From Clostridiales bacterium (lineage in GTDB: Bacteria; Bacillota; Clostridia; Christensenellales; Aristaeellaceae), in assembly GCA_012520375.1 (NCBI GenBank), contig JAAYOH010000037.1, positions 52,413-116,412 on the forward strand: a stretch of DNA of 64,000 bases, written 5' to 3'. Of this stretch, positions 1 through 9,760 are shown one piece after another. Numbering within the stretch: the stretch's first letter is position 1; every line of letters starts with the position of its first letter. The notes below the pieces were generated by a model, which was given only the letters and a program-made list of their open reading frames with translations, had not been told where the DNA came from and made no database searches. Made by a program: the position numbers and the translations under genes.

Positions 1-12
1 AGGAGAAGGACC

Positions 13-1056
13 TTGAAGAGAAGTGAACTATTTGAACTGCGCAAAAGGGTGGGCAACCTGAATGCCCTGATGGGCGTCACCGATTACGTGCTGAACGACG
101 GTCCCGGCAAGGGCGTGCGGGTCTTCCATGTGCGCAACGGAAAGGGCATGGAGCTGACCGTAGCGGCGGACAGGGGCATGGACATCCCCTTCCTGGCCTA
201 CAAGGGCAAGACCATGAGTTTTGCGGGCAAGGTGGGTATGCGCAGCCCCGCCTTCTACGACGAGGACGGGGTGCGGGGCTTCCTGAAGCAGTTCTATGCC
301 GGGATGCTCACCACCTGCGGTTTGACCTACGCCGGGGCGCCCTGCGAGGACGGGGGACGCAAGCTGGGCCTCCACGGTCCCTACTCCAATCTCCCTGCGA
401 GCCAGGTGAGCGCCGGGGTGGAATGCGAGGGGGACGAAGTGGTCATCCGGCTGAAGGGCGAAGTGCGGGAAGCCTGCGTCTTTGAGGAGAACCTGCTGCT
501 GCGCCGCACCATGACGGTGTATACCGAGAAGGACGAGATCGAGATCGTCGATGAGATCGAGAACCAGGGCTTCGCGGAGATGCCCCTCATGACCCTGTAT
601 CACATCAACTTTGGCTATCCCATGCTGGATGAAGGCGCCCGGGTGTATACCGACGCCGCCAGCGTGGAGCCCAGGGACCAGTGGGCGGCGGAAGGCCCCG
701 GGGTATGGAACCTGATGGATGCCCCCGAGATCGGCCGGGGCGAGCAATGCTACTTCCACCGGGGCTTCAAAGAGGGCCTGGCCATGATCCACAACGAGAA
801 GCTGGGCTGCGCGGGCATCGTGGCCTTTGACAAGGAGCGCTTCCCTATCCTGTGCGAGTGGAAGTGCATGATGGCCGGGGAGTACGCCCTGGGCCTGGAG
901 CCCACCATGGCCAACGTGTTGGGACGGGTGGACGCCAGGGAGAAGGGGATCCTGCCCACCATTCAGCCCGGCGAGAGGATCACCCTGAAGGTCAGGCTGA
1001 TCTACACCGACGACCCGGAGCAGATCGCCTGCTACAAAAAGGCCATGAAGGGCTGA
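13..1056 (+). CDS. aldose 1-epimerase superfamily protein (DUF4432-like)
   Basis: 347-aa ORF with a TTG start 7 nt after AGGAG at nt 1-5. The sequence pattern (LGLHGP, LYHINFGYP) resembles aldose-epimerase-fold DUF4432 proteins. Family call is from memory only. Confidence 0.5.
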   Translation: MKRSELFELRKRVGNLNALMGVTDYVLNDGPGKGVRVFHVRNGKGMELTVAADRGMDIPFLAYKGKTMSFAGKVGMRSPAFYDEDGVRGFLKQFYAGMLTTCGLTYAGAPCEDGGRKLGLHGPYSNLPASQVSAGVECEGDEVVIRLKGEVREACVFEENLLLRRTMTVYTEKDEIEIVDEIENQGFAEMPLMTLYHINFGYPMLDEGARVYTDAASVEPRDQWAAEGPGVWNLMDAPEIGRGEQCYFHRGFKEGLAMIHNEKLGCAGIVAFDKERFPILCEWKCMMAGEYALGLEPTMANVLGRVDAREKGILPTIQPGERITLKVRLIYTDDPEQIACYKKAMKG

Positions 1057-1071
1057 GGAGAAGAATCATGT

Positions 1072-1110
1072 GGGCTGCTGCGGCTTGAAAGCTGCGGCAG
1101 CCCGTCTTTA
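1072..1110 (+). terminator. intrinsic terminator after the epimerase-like gene
   Basis: 13-bp GC-rich stem gggctgctgcggc/gctgcggcagccc with loop ttgaaa, followed by gtcttta. Confidence 0.5.
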
Positions 1111-1193
1111 TCAGGGCATGGACCGCTTTTTGCCAAGGGTCAAGAGAGACTATGGCTTCTGCATGGTGCTGAGTGCTAAATTTCTGAAAGGCC

Positions 1194-1223
1194 TTGACAG
1201 GCTTATTCCGTTTGTAGTATAAT
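1194..1223 (+). promoter_or_regulatory. sigma-A type promoter for tRNA-Val
   Basis: TTGACA (1194-1199), 18-nt spacer, TATAAT (1218-1223). The tRNA begins 13 nt downstream. Confidence 0.45.
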
Positions 1224-1236
1224 TCTCTTATTGCGC

Positions 1237-1310
1237 GGGGTTGTAGCTCAGTTGGTTAGAGCGTCACGTTGACATCGTGAAGGTCATAGGTTCGAGCCCT
1301 ACCAACCCCA
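1237..1310 (+). tRNA. tRNA-Val (anticodon GAC)
   Basis: 74-nt cloverleaf folded by hand. Acceptor GGGGTTG/CAACCCC, D arm GCTC-AGTTGGTTA-GAGC, anticodon stem TCACG/CGTGA with loop TTGACAT, T loop TTCGAGC, discriminator A. CCA is not encoded. Confidence 0.9.
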
Positions 1311-1316
1311 CTGACA

Positions 1317-1353
1317 AAGGCTGCTGCAGGATTTGCGGCGGCCTTGTTTTTGT
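1317..1353 (+). terminator. intrinsic terminator after tRNA-Val
   Basis: Stem aaggctgctgc/gcggcggcctt with loop aggattt, followed by gtttttgtt. It lies between the tRNA and the convergent recO end. Confidence 0.5.
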
Positions 1354-1391
1354 TCGATGTGGGGCTTTTGCGTGTATAACAGGGAAATGCG

Positions 1392-2126
1392 CTATCCCAA
1401 TCGGGATCCCTCCTCAATGCCCGGCCACAGCCTGGGCGGGCTGTCCAGCCGGTAGGCGACAAAGCTGCGGGCGTGCCGGGCGGCTTCGGGCCAGTCGGGA
1501 TGGCCTGGCAGCTTTTCCAGGGCGGTGAAGGGGGTCATGGGCACCCGCATCAGGATGCGCCGGGCGCCGTGGGACAGGGGCTCCCCGACGCCGCAGCCCG
1601 GGCAGAGGACGCCGCCCAGGTGCACCGAGAAGAGGCCGGGCTGCTGTACAAAGGGGCGACCGCAGACGCAGCAGGCATCCATGCGGGGGGCCTGTCCGGT
1701 GAGGGCCAGGTAGTGCAGCTCGTAGCCCATGACGGCCATGGACAGGGGAAGCCCCCCGTAGGCGAAGTAGGCCAGGGCCTTCAGGGAGGTCAGGAACAGG
1801 GGGCGGTTGGCCTCTTCGGGCTGGGCGCATTGGAGCAACAGGTGCAACAGATAAGCCCCCGCCGTCAGGCGGTCCACGTCCTGGCGGAGGGGGTAAAAGC
1901 TTTCTTTGATCCGGCAGTCCCGCAGGGTAAGCCGCCCCCTCGCTTCCACCAGACTGAACTCTCCGGCGCAAAAGCGCTCGGTGGCGTTCATCAGGGGGGA
2001 CTTGGGCCTCTGGCAGCCCTGGGCCACCGCGTCCAGCCGACCCAGGGTGGGAGAGTACAGGGTGAGCATGCGGTCGTAATCCCGGTAGTTGGTGTGGGAT
2101 AACACAAGGGCGTCGGTGGTAAACAT
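1392..2126 (-). CDS. recO: DNA repair protein RecO
   Basis: Part of ORF 1392-2159. Preferred start is ATG 2126 (MFTTDALVLSHTNYRDYDRML...), 1 nt after the era stop. It has the RecO N-terminal OB pattern and a CxxC...CxxC zinc motif (CCVCG...CPGCG). Confidence 0.85.
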   Translation of the reverse strand: MFTTDALVLSHTNYRDYDRMLTLYSPTLGRLDAVAQGCQRPKSPLMNATERFCAGEFSLVEARGRLTLRDCRIKESFYPLRQDVDRLTAGAYLLHLLLQCAQPEEANRPLFLTSLKALAYFAYGGLPLSMAVMGYELHYLALTGQAPRMDACCVCGRPFVQQPGLFSVHLGGVLCPGCGVGEPLSHGARRILMRVPMTPFTALEKLPGHPDWPEAARHARSFVAYRLDSPPRLWPGIEEGSRLG

Positions 2127-2127
2127 G

Positions 2128-3012
2128 CTACTCCTCGTAGCCCAGGGTACGCAGGTCATCCCGGCGATTGCGCCAGTTTTCCCGCACCTTCACCCACAGC
2201 CGCAGCATCACCTTGGTGTCAAGAAGCCTCTCGATGTCGATGCGGGCGTCTCGTCCGATGCGGCCCAGCATGGCGCCCTGCTTGCCGATGATGATGGACT
2301 TATGAGAGGGTTTTTCGCAGTACAGATTGGCGTGGATCTCGGTAAAGCCGGGGGAGTGCTGGGTCATGGCCAACATTTCCACCCCCACGCCGTGGGGGAT
2401 CTCCTCCCGCAGGCAGAACAGAGCCTTTTCCCGGATGATCTCGGCGCAGATGACCCGCTCGGGCTGGTCCGTCACCATGTCGTCAGGAAAGTATTTGGGC
2501 CCCTGGGGCATAGCGTTGCGAAGCAGTTGCAGCAGTTTGTCCAGCCCCTCTCCCGTGAGGGCCGAGGTGGGCACCACATGGTCAAAGCCATACTCGCCCA
2601 CGATCTGCATCACCGGAAGAAGCTTTTCGGGGGGAAGCAGATCCACCTTGTTCAGGGCCAGAAAACGGGGACAGCGCATTTTGCCCAAGTCCTCCAGGAT
2701 GGCTTTGTCCCCTTCTCCCACATGGGTGGCGTCCACCACCGCCAATACCGCGTCCACGCCCTCCCGGGCTTGATTGGCGCTCTTCACCATATATTCCCCC
2801 AGCTTGTTGCGTGGCCTGTGCAGGCCGGGGGTGTCCACAAACACGATCTGCCAGTCGGCCTGGGTAGCGACGCCCATGATCTTGTTGCGGGTGGTCTGGG
2901 GACGGTTGGACACGATGGACACCTTTTCCCCCACAAAGGCGTTCATCAGAGAGGATTTGCCCACGTTGGGGCGCCCCATGATGGCTACAAAACCGGAACA
3001 AAAATTGCTCAA
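2128..3012 (-). CDS. era: GTPase Era
   Basis: 294 aa with G1 GRPNVGKSS, DTPG and NKVD motifs plus a C-terminal KH domain. Canonical position upstream of recO. Confidence 0.95.
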   Translation of the reverse strand: MSNFCSGFVAIMGRPNVGKSSLMNAFVGEKVSIVSNRPQTTRNKIMGVATQADWQIVFVDTPGLHRPRNKLGEYMVKSANQAREGVDAVLAVVDATHVGEGDKAILEDLGKMRCPRFLALNKVDLLPPEKLLPVMQIVGEYGFDHVVPTSALTGEGLDKLLQLLRNAMPQGPKYFPDDMVTDQPERVICAEIIREKALFCLREEIPHGVGVEMLAMTQHSPGFTEIHANLYCEKPSHKSIIIGKQGAMLGRIGRDARIDIERLLDTKVMLRLWVKVRENWRNRRDDLRTLGYEE

Positions 3013-3024
3013 GACAGAGCCCTC

Positions 3025-3933
3025 CTACTTATCCGCATGGTGGTCTTGTTTCAGGTCATCCGAGCCGAAGGCAAGGGGCAGCAGTTGGTCAAGGGTGGTA
3101 CAGGTGAAACTGCCGCTCTTCGCATTGCCGCACACGACCCGCATGTTGGGGCAAAACTCACTGAGCACCTGCCTGCAGATGCCGCAGGGCCAGGCGTCCA
3201 CCTTTACACCGACCACCGCAATGGCGGAAAAGCGCCTTTCCCCCTGGCATACTGCCTGGCATACCGCCGCCCGTTCGGCACAGATGGTGGCCCCGTAAGA
3301 AGCGTTTTCGATGTTGCAGCCGCCGTAGAAAGAACCGGAGGCGCCCAGGATGCAGGCACCTACCCGGAAACCCGAATAGGGGGCATAGGCCTTGTCCAGC
3401 ATGGCCACTGCCCGCCGGAAGAGCTCCTCATCGCTGGTGCCATCTCTTGAAAGGCATGCCAAGTCCATGGCCTTTTCCTCCATGGCGCGCATCAGGCGCT
3501 TATCGTCCTCCTCCTCGTGGTCGTAGCCCATCAGGTGGAACATGGCGTGGGCGGACAGATAGCCCAGTTCCCTGGCCAGGCTGTGGCCGTACTCGGCGGC
3601 CTGAGCCCGGGCATGGTCCAGGGACAGTACGTAGTCTCCCAGGTGGACGCCGCCCGTCGCGGGGTCGTGCTCCCGACGAAGCTGCCTGGAACTGGTCCTG
3701 GCGGTGCGGCCCGGGGCATAATGTACCGAGGGGAAGCTGATCACATCGGTGGCCCGGTCAATGCCTCGGAAAGTCTTGTTGATCTCCCGGATGGCGGCGT
3801 CGTCCACCAGGCGGCAGGCGACGTGCATATTCTCCACGCCCTCGACCTGACAGCAGCATTTGCACACCCGCTCCAGCAGACCCTGCAGCCCCTCCGGCGC
3901 GCCCGCCGTTTCAATGGACAATTCCAGGATCAT
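3025..3933 (-). CDS. ybeY: fusion protein: rRNA maturation RNase YbeY (N-terminal) plus cytidine deaminase (C-terminal)
   Basis: 302 aa. The N-terminal half has the YbeY zinc motif HAMFHLMGYDH. The C-terminal half has the cytidine deaminase motifs CAERAA and PCGICRQ. The start overlaps the pgpH stop (ATGA). Confidence 0.85.
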   Translation of the reverse strand: MILELSIETAGAPEGLQGLLERVCKCCCQVEGVENMHVACRLVDDAAIREINKTFRGIDRATDVISFPSVHYAPGRTARTSSRQLRREHDPATGGVHLGDYVLSLDHARAQAAEYGHSLARELGYLSAHAMFHLMGYDHEEEDDKRLMRAMEEKAMDLACLSRDGTSDEELFRRAVAMLDKAYAPYSGFRVGACILGASGSFYGGCNIENASYGATICAERAAVCQAVCQGERRFSAIAVVGVKVDAWPCGICRQVLSEFCPNMRVVCGNAKSGSFTCTTLDQLLPLAFGSDDLKQDHHADK

Positions 3934-6071
3934 GGGGTTTCCTCCTCTTTTCCCGGGGGTTCCTCCTCGTTTGGAGCCGGAGCTGTGCTCTCCTCTTCTT
4001 CCTCTTCTTTCGGAGGTTCAACCTTCGGCTCCCGCCGCCGTTCGGGCAGTTCCACTTTGGGGTACTCCACCCGCTCGTGGTACACCCCGATCAGCACCTG
4101 CTCAAAGGCTTCCCGGATCAGGTTCAGGTCGGCCAGGGTGAGGGGGCACTCGTCCAGCTGCCCGTCCTCCATCTTGGAGTGGATCAGATTGCCGATGAGC
4201 TGGCTGATTGCCTCGGGGGTGGACTCGGGAATCGCCCGGGCCGCAGCTTCCACCGTATCCGCCAGCATGACGATGGCCGCTTCTTTGCTCTTTGGCTTGG
4301 GGCCGGCGTAGCGGTAATCCTCCAAATCCACTTCCCCTCCCTGTTTCATGGCCTTGTCATAGAAGAACAGGACAGGGGTATCTCCGTGGTGCTGGTGGAT
4401 GATGTCGATGACCGCCTGAGGCAGCCGTGCCTTCTGGCCCATGTCGGCGCCGTCCGCCGTGTGGGCGGTGAGGATGGCCGTGGACACCCGGGGATCCGTG
4501 CGGTCGTGGGGGTTGTCTTTTACCTGGTTTTCTTTGAAGTACAGGGGGCGCTTCAGTTTTCCGATGTCGTGGTAGTAGGCGCCTACCCGGGCCAGCAGGC
4601 CGTCGGAACCCACGGCATTCGTCGCCGCTTCCGCCAAGTTCGCCACCAGGATGGAGTGGTGGTAGGTGCCCGGCGCCTCCAGCAGCAGCCGCCGGAGCAG
4701 GGGCTGGTTGGGATTGGACAGCTCCATCAGCTTGGAGGGGGTCACCACGTTGAAAAGCCACTCCAGCAAGGGTTGCAGCCCGATACACAGCACCGCACTC
4801 AGGATGCCGCTGCCTACGGACCACAGGGACAGCGGCCAGATACCCGACGTGCTGGCGATGCTGAGCAGGCCCACTGCGGTAGTGCCCGCCGCGCTCACCA
4901 CGGCAACACACACCCCTGCCAACAGGATGCGCAAGCGGTTGCCGTGGCGCTTCAGGATGAACACGCACAGAGAGCCCGACATCAGGGAGATCAGGGTGAC
5001 GGAAAACATGGTGGTGGTCAGGCCCCCGCTGTTTACCGAGGCCAGGAGGCCGGTGAGCACCGACAGGATCATGTTGACGAGGATAGCCAGGCTGGGATCG
5101 ATCAGGAGCGCCGTCAGCATGGCGCCCAGGGCCACGGGCATCAGGTAAATGTCCATCATACTGAACAGCATGGACAGACCCATGGTGAGGAGGATGATGG
5201 TGCACAGCAGATAGAGCATGCGAAGGGAATTTCCCAGGGCGTCAGGAAAGCTGCGGGTGTACCCCAGCAGCACCAGGAGGAGCAGGGCCAGCAGGATGCC
5301 AAGGCCCAGGAACAGGGTCAGGTCCACCTGGTGATCCTTCAGCATGCCCAGGTCGTTCAGCACCTCGATATGGTTGGCGGACAGCACATCTCCCGAACGC
5401 ACGATGTTCTGCCCCTTCTTGTACTGAACGGGCTCCACCTCGGCGGCGGCCTTTTCCCGATTGGCCTGGTTGGTAGCCTCGTCCAGCAGCATGTTGGGTC
5501 GGAGCGTCCCGGCGATGAGCTCCAGGGCTATCGCCACTTCCTCCTCATCGAAGCCTCCGCTCAAAAGGGCCTGGTGGATATTTTCGATGGCTTTGTTTTC
5601 CTGACCTTGGGGCAGTTTGCCGGTGAGGGTGATTCGGACCTGGGTATAAGCCTGCTCCTTCAGGGCGATCAACCGCTCCAGGTCCATCTGGTTCAGGGCG
5701 ATCAGGGCCTCGTCGGAGAGTTCGGGGACCTCCGGTTCCAGTTCCCCTTCCATGACGATGCTGTTGTCCTTGTAGCGGATGAGCCCGTCAAAACAAGCTT
5801 GCAGCTCGGACAGGACAAGGGGCTGCACCGAAGAATCGCTGATGTAGGAAGGCTGCACCCCCCGCACCGCAGCGTCCCGCAACCGGTTGGTGGTCACGCT
5901 GTCTACCACGTCTTTGGTGGCGGTGATGGTGATGGGGGAGACCTCCCCCACTTTCAGATCGTAGCGTTCCGGGGAGATTGCGGTGGCCAGCATGACAAAC
6001 AGCGTTGAATAGGTAATCAGGATGGCCAGGATGCCCGTCAAGGCGGGGCTCAGGCTTTTCATGATCTTCAT
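3930..6071 (-). CDS. pgpH: 7TM-HD membrane phosphohydrolase (PgpH/YqfF family; cyclic-di-AMP phosphodiesterase type)
   Basis: 713 aa with an N-terminal extracellular region, about 7 TM helices and a C-terminal HD domain (YHDIGK...HHGD). Conserved position between phoH and ybeY. Confidence 0.85.
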   Translation of the reverse strand: MKIMKSLSPALTGILAILITYSTLFVMLATAISPERYDLKVGEVSPITITATKDVVDSVTTNRLRDAAVRGVQPSYISDSSVQPLVLSELQACFDGLIRYKDNSIVMEGELEPEVPELSDEALIALNQMDLERLIALKEQAYTQVRITLTGKLPQGQENKAIENIHQALLSGGFDEEEVAIALELIAGTLRPNMLLDEATNQANREKAAAEVEPVQYKKGQNIVRSGDVLSANHIEVLNDLGMLKDHQVDLTLFLGLGILLALLLLVLLGYTRSFPDALGNSLRMLYLLCTIILLTMGLSMLFSMMDIYLMPVALGAMLTALLIDPSLAILVNMILSVLTGLLASVNSGGLTTTMFSVTLISLMSGSLCVFILKRHGNRLRILLAGVCVAVVSAAGTTAVGLLSIASTSGIWPLSLWSVGSGILSAVLCIGLQPLLEWLFNVVTPSKLMELSNPNQPLLRRLLLEAPGTYHHSILVANLAEAATNAVGSDGLLARVGAYYHDIGKLKRPLYFKENQVKDNPHDRTDPRVSTAILTAHTADGADMGQKARLPQAVIDIIHQHHGDTPVLFFYDKAMKQGGEVDLEDYRYAGPKPKSKEAAIVMLADTVEAAARAIPESTPEAISQLIGNLIHSKMEDGQLDECPLTLADLNLIREAFEQVLIGVYHERVEYPKVELPERRREPKVEPPKEEEEEESTAPAPNEEEPPGKEEETP

Positions 6072-6077
6072 ATGGGT

Positions 6078-7127
6078 CTACTCCTCCCCTGGTCCGTGCG
6101 GTCGCTCCTCCGCCCCGGCATACCGTTCGTAGGCCTGGACGATCTGCTGCACCAGTTCGTGGCGCACCACGTCCTTGTGGGTGAGGGTGCAGATACCGAT
6201 GCCCTCCACCCCTTCCAGCACTTGCAATGCTTCCACCAGGCCGCTGGTTTTGCCGCCTGGCAGGTCGATCTGGGTGATGTCCCCGGTGATGACCATTCTG
6301 GAGCTCTCGCCCATACGGGTCAGAAACATTTTCATTTGTTCCGAGGTGGTGTTCTGCGCCTCGTCCAGGATGATGAAGGCGTCGTTCAAGGTGCGGCCCC
6401 GCATATAGGCCAGGGGCGCCACCTCCACCGCGTTCCGCTCCAGCAGGCGCTGATAGCCCTCGCTCCCCATCATGTCGTTCAGGGCGTCGTACAGGGGGCG
6501 CAGATAGGGGTCTACCTTCTGCTGCAGATCCCCGGGAAGAAAGCCCAGTTTTTCTCCCGCTTCCACCGCCGGGCGGGTCAGGATGATCCGCTCCACGTCC
6601 TTGTTTTTCAGGGCTACCACCGCCATGGCGATGGCCAGATAGGTCTTGCCCGTACCGGCAGGCCCCACGGCAAAGACGCAGGTGTTTTTTTTCATGGCGT
6701 CCACATAGGCCTTCTGCCCAAGGGTCTTGCATTTTACCCGGCGGCCCCGGTAGGTGATGGCGATCACGCCCTGCATGATTTCCCCGATGCGGTGGGCGTT
6801 TCCTTCCCGGGCCAGTTCGATGGCGTAGCGCAGCCGGTTCCGATCCACGCGCTCACCCCGCCGCACGATGGACCCCAGGTTGTGCAGCACCTCCCGGCAC
6901 AGTTCTGCTTTTTCGGGCTCTCCTGCAATGGTGATCAGGTTCCCATGGGTGTACAGCTCGACCCCCAGTTCGTGTTTCAGCACATCCACATTTTCATCCT
7001 TCAGCCCGAACAGGTTGATAAAGGCGTCGGGGGAATCAATGCTGATGGTGGTTTTGTATCCGGTCGTTTCCAAGCAGCTGCCTCCATGTGTTTGTTCGGG
7101 GGACGGCGTTTCAACGCGATCCCACAT
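6078..7127 (-). CDS. phoH: PhoH family ATPase (YbeZ-like)
   Basis: 349 aa with Walker A GPAGTGKTYLA, a PhoH core and an N-terminal KH-like extension. First gene of the phoH-pgpH-ybeY operon. Confidence 0.9.
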   Translation of the reverse strand: MWDRVETPSPEQTHGGSCLETTGYKTTISIDSPDAFINLFGLKDENVDVLKHELGVELYTHGNLITIAGEPEKAELCREVLHNLGSIVRRGERVDRNRLRYAIELAREGNAHRIGEIMQGVIAITYRGRRVKCKTLGQKAYVDAMKKNTCVFAVGPAGTGKTYLAIAMAVVALKNKDVERIILTRPAVEAGEKLGFLPGDLQQKVDPYLRPLYDALNDMMGSEGYQRLLERNAVEVAPLAYMRGRTLNDAFIILDEAQNTTSEQMKMFLTRMGESSRMVITGDITQIDLPGGKTSGLVEALQVLEGVEGIGICTLTHKDVVRHELVQQIVQAYERYAGAEERPHGPGEE

Positions 7128-7345
7128 TGATACCTTATATTCTGCCCTTTCGCGCTTTCTTTGTCAAGTCAGGAATGCATGCTTTCTTGCGCTGTTTTGG
7201 GTCGATGGAGAAAAAAACGGTGATTTTCCCCCGTCCTGCCTCTTGCCGGCCATTCCCCTCTTCATTTCAAGCTTCTCTGCAACCTTTGCCGGACGTCGAG
7301 CGTCAAAAATAAATGCACATCGAAAAACGGAAGGGGAGAAGATGT

Positions 7346-8194
7346 ATGAACAAGATGAAGCAGGGTTTGATTGCGGCGCTTCTTTTTTTGTTGCTCTTTG
7401 GCTGTGTGGGGGTGGCTGCCCAGGGGCTCACCATGCTCACGGACGGCCAGACCATCGATCTGGACGGGGACGGCGTGTTGGAGCGCATTTCTTTTTCCAT
7501 GGAGCAGAACGAGTACGAGGAGTATGATCACTTTACCCTGAGGGTCGACGAAGAGGAAGTCTCATCCGACGGCTGCTGCCTGACGGGATTCCTTGCCACC
7601 GCCCGGCTGAATGTGGACGAGGACGGCAGCGACGTCCTCCTGTTTGTGGAAGAGGCGGGGATGAGCCAAGACTGGCTGGTGTATGTATATTCCTTTCACG
7701 GGGGGAAACTGAGGGAAGTGGGCGCCCTGGGGTCCAGCCTGGCGGATCTCGAGATCGATAACGACGTGATCACCGGTCGGGTGCGGGGCCGGGTGCTGCA
7801 GACCTGGTACCACCCAGAAGACTATGTGCTGGCCTTCTCCTACATCTGGGACGAGGAGACCGACGGATGGGCAGAGGGGCCCATGCTGTGCAAGGTCCCG
7901 CGATTCCTGTATCCCGTGGGGACCTTGGTGACCATGAAAGGGGATCTGGCCGCTCAGGTATCCCAGTCCGATACCAGCACGGCTTTCCGGGTGAAAAAGG
8001 GAGACAAGCTCCTCATCAACGCTTCGGACGACCTGGCTTGGCTGTACGTGTCCATCCCCTGGATCTACCAACAGGATCCCGACTACGAAGGCCTTGCGGA
8101 AGGCTGGGTTTCCATCGACGGTCTGGACATCCTGGGCCCCGACGGTTGGGTGGACACCTACGACCTGATGGACGGCTTGTTCTGGGCGGATTGA
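7346..8194 (+). CDS. hypothetical lipoprotein
   Basis: Part of ORF 7313-8194. Preferred start is ATG 7346 after AAGGGGAG. Signal peptide with lipobox LLFGC. No recognisable family. Confidence 0.5.
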   Translation: MNKMKQGLIAALLFLLLFGCVGVAAQGLTMLTDGQTIDLDGDGVLERISFSMEQNEYEEYDHFTLRVDEEEVSSDGCCLTGFLATARLNVDEDGSDVLLFVEEAGMSQDWLVYVYSFHGGKLREVGALGSSLADLEIDNDVITGRVRGRVLQTWYHPEDYVLAFSYIWDEETDGWAEGPMLCKVPRFLYPVGTLVTMKGDLAAQVSQSDTSTAFRVKKGDKLLINASDDLAWLYVSIPWIYQQDPDYEGLAEGWVSIDGLDILGPDGWVDTYDLMDGLFWAD

Positions 8195-8222
8195 TGAAAC
8201 ACATTTGCTGGAGACGATCGAG

Positions 8223-9299
8223 ATGAATGCGATGTCCATGGCCCGGTGTTTTGCCATCGGGCCCATTGTGATGTCTGCGGAGCCCTACGGGAACGGGCAC
8301 ATCAACAACACCTATCGGGTGGTCACCCCCGATGGGGCGTACATCCTGCAGAGGGTGAACCGCTACGTGTTCAAGAAACCGGAGCAGGTGATGGATAATA
8401 TCGTCCGTGTAACGGACTATCTGCAGCGGATCATCCGATCCGAGGGGGGCGACCCCAGGCGGGAGACCCTGACCCTGGTGCCCTCCCTGGAGGGAGGAAC
8501 CCATGTACTGGATGAAGAGGGCGAACTGTGGCGCATGTACCTGTGTATTGAAGGGGTAGTGACCCGGGACCTGCCCGACACGCCGGAGCTCTTTGCCCTT
8601 TCCGGAGAGGCTTTTGGGCGTTTCCAGAGCAGGCTGGGGGAATTTGACACGTCCCTGCTCCACGAGACCATCCCAAACTTCCACAATACGCCCGCCCGCT
8701 ATCGACAGCTGATGGACGCAGTGGCGGAGGATCGGGCGGGAAGGCTAAGGGACGTGAGCTCCGAACTGGCCTTTGCGCGGGCCCGCGAGGCGGAGACGCG
8801 CCTGTTGCTGGACGAGGTGGACCGGGGCACGCTGCCTATCCGGGTCACCCACAACGATACCAAGCTGAACAACGTGCTGCTGGACAGGGCGAGCGGCGAG
8901 GGCGTTTGCGTCATCGATCTGGACACCGTCATGCCGGGCCTGGTGGCGTACGATTTCGGGGACGCCATCCGCACCGGCGCCAGCACCGCGGCGGAGGACG
9001 AGGAAGACCTCGCCAAGGTGGACATATCCCTGCCTATGTTCGAGGCTTTTGCCCGGGGTTTTTTGAGCAGGCTCCGGGGGATCCTCACCCCACGGGAGAT
9101 CGAGCTATTGCCCATGGGCGCCAAGATGATGACCCTGGAAAACGGTCTGCGCTTTCTGGCGGATCACTTGAACGGCGACCTGTACTTTCGGGTGCATCGG
9201 GCTGGGCACAACCTGGCCCGGGCCCGTGCCCAGTTCCGGTTGGTACAGCGCATGGAAGAAAAATGGGAGGACATGCAGCGCATCGTGGCGCGACTGTAA
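8223..9299 (+). CDS. N-acetylhexosamine 1-kinase-like phosphotransferase (APH fold)
   Basis: End-to-end similarity by eye to Bifidobacterium NahK as I recall it (EPYGNGHINNTY, RVTHNDTKLNNVLLD, IDLDTVMPG, MENGLRFLADHLNGDLYF). The ATG at 8223 (GGAG 9 nt upstream) is preferred to the TTG at 8205. Confidence 0.75.
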   Translation: MNAMSMARCFAIGPIVMSAEPYGNGHINNTYRVVTPDGAYILQRVNRYVFKKPEQVMDNIVRVTDYLQRIIRSEGGDPRRETLTLVPSLEGGTHVLDEEGELWRMYLCIEGVVTRDLPDTPELFALSGEAFGRFQSRLGEFDTSLLHETIPNFHNTPARYRQLMDAVAEDRAGRLRDVSSELAFARAREAETRLLLDEVDRGTLPIRVTHNDTKLNNVLLDRASGEGVCVIDLDTVMPGLVAYDFGDAIRTGASTAAEDEEDLAKVDISLPMFEAFARGFLSRLRGILTPREIELLPMGAKMMTLENGLRFLADHLNGDLYFRVHRAGHNLARARAQFRLVQRMEEKWEDMQRIVARL

Positions 9300-9325
9300 A
9301 CAGGCTCCCGCCCCGCGGGTACCCT

Positions 9326-9760
9326 TCAGATTCCGGGGATTTCCTCAATATGTTCTTCGTCGAAGACCTGAATGCCTTCCTCTCGAAACAGGGCAGCAGT
9401 AAAACCGGAACCCGGGACCAGGGCGCCGGTAAAGCTGCCGTCGTAGATTTGATGAAGGCCGCAGCTGGGGCTCCGGGACTTGAGGATGGCGGCCTCGCAG
9501 TCCGCGAGCCGATACACCCGCAGGGCTTCCGAAGCGCCCCGGACGAACTGGGCGGTTTTGTCGTTCCCTTCCCGGTCCAATACCCGCCCGTCCTTTGCTT
9601 CTGCGGGGGGCCGGGGGGTGGGCAGGCCGCCGTAGATCTCGGGGCAGAAGGGGACCAGCTGGTGTTTTTTGGCAAGGGACAACACGGCAGGACAGGGGAT
9701 GCTTTTGCCGTCGTAGCGGCAAGGCACCCCCAACAGGCAGGCGCTGACCAGCAGCCTCAT
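9326..9760 (-). CDS. DUF523 domain protein (TudS/YbbK-like)
   Basis: 144 aa, MRLLVSACLLGVPCRYDG...SPSCG, the typical DUF523 Cys pattern. Confidence 0.7.
   Translation of the reverse strand: MRLLVSACLLGVPCRYDGKSIPCPAVLSLAKKHQLVPFCPEIYGGLPTPRPPAEAKDGRVLDREGNDKTAQFVRGASEALRVYRLADCEAAILKSRSPSCGLHQIYDGSFTGALVPGSGFTAALFREEGIQVFDEEHIEEIPGI

Noticed and set aside
4077-6008. 643-aa plus-strand ORF antisense to pgpH. Similar very long shadow ORFs lie at 10859-13027 (antisense to uvrB), 22196-24181, 25092-26537, 43524-45110, 47201-49336, 50034-52166, 15784-17025 and 56012-57466.
   Set aside because: Each lies exactly opposite a gene with strong family signatures. Their translations are low-complexity G/A/R/P/H/Q-rich strings with no motifs. 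Stop-free antisense frames of this kind are expected in high-G+C DNA.
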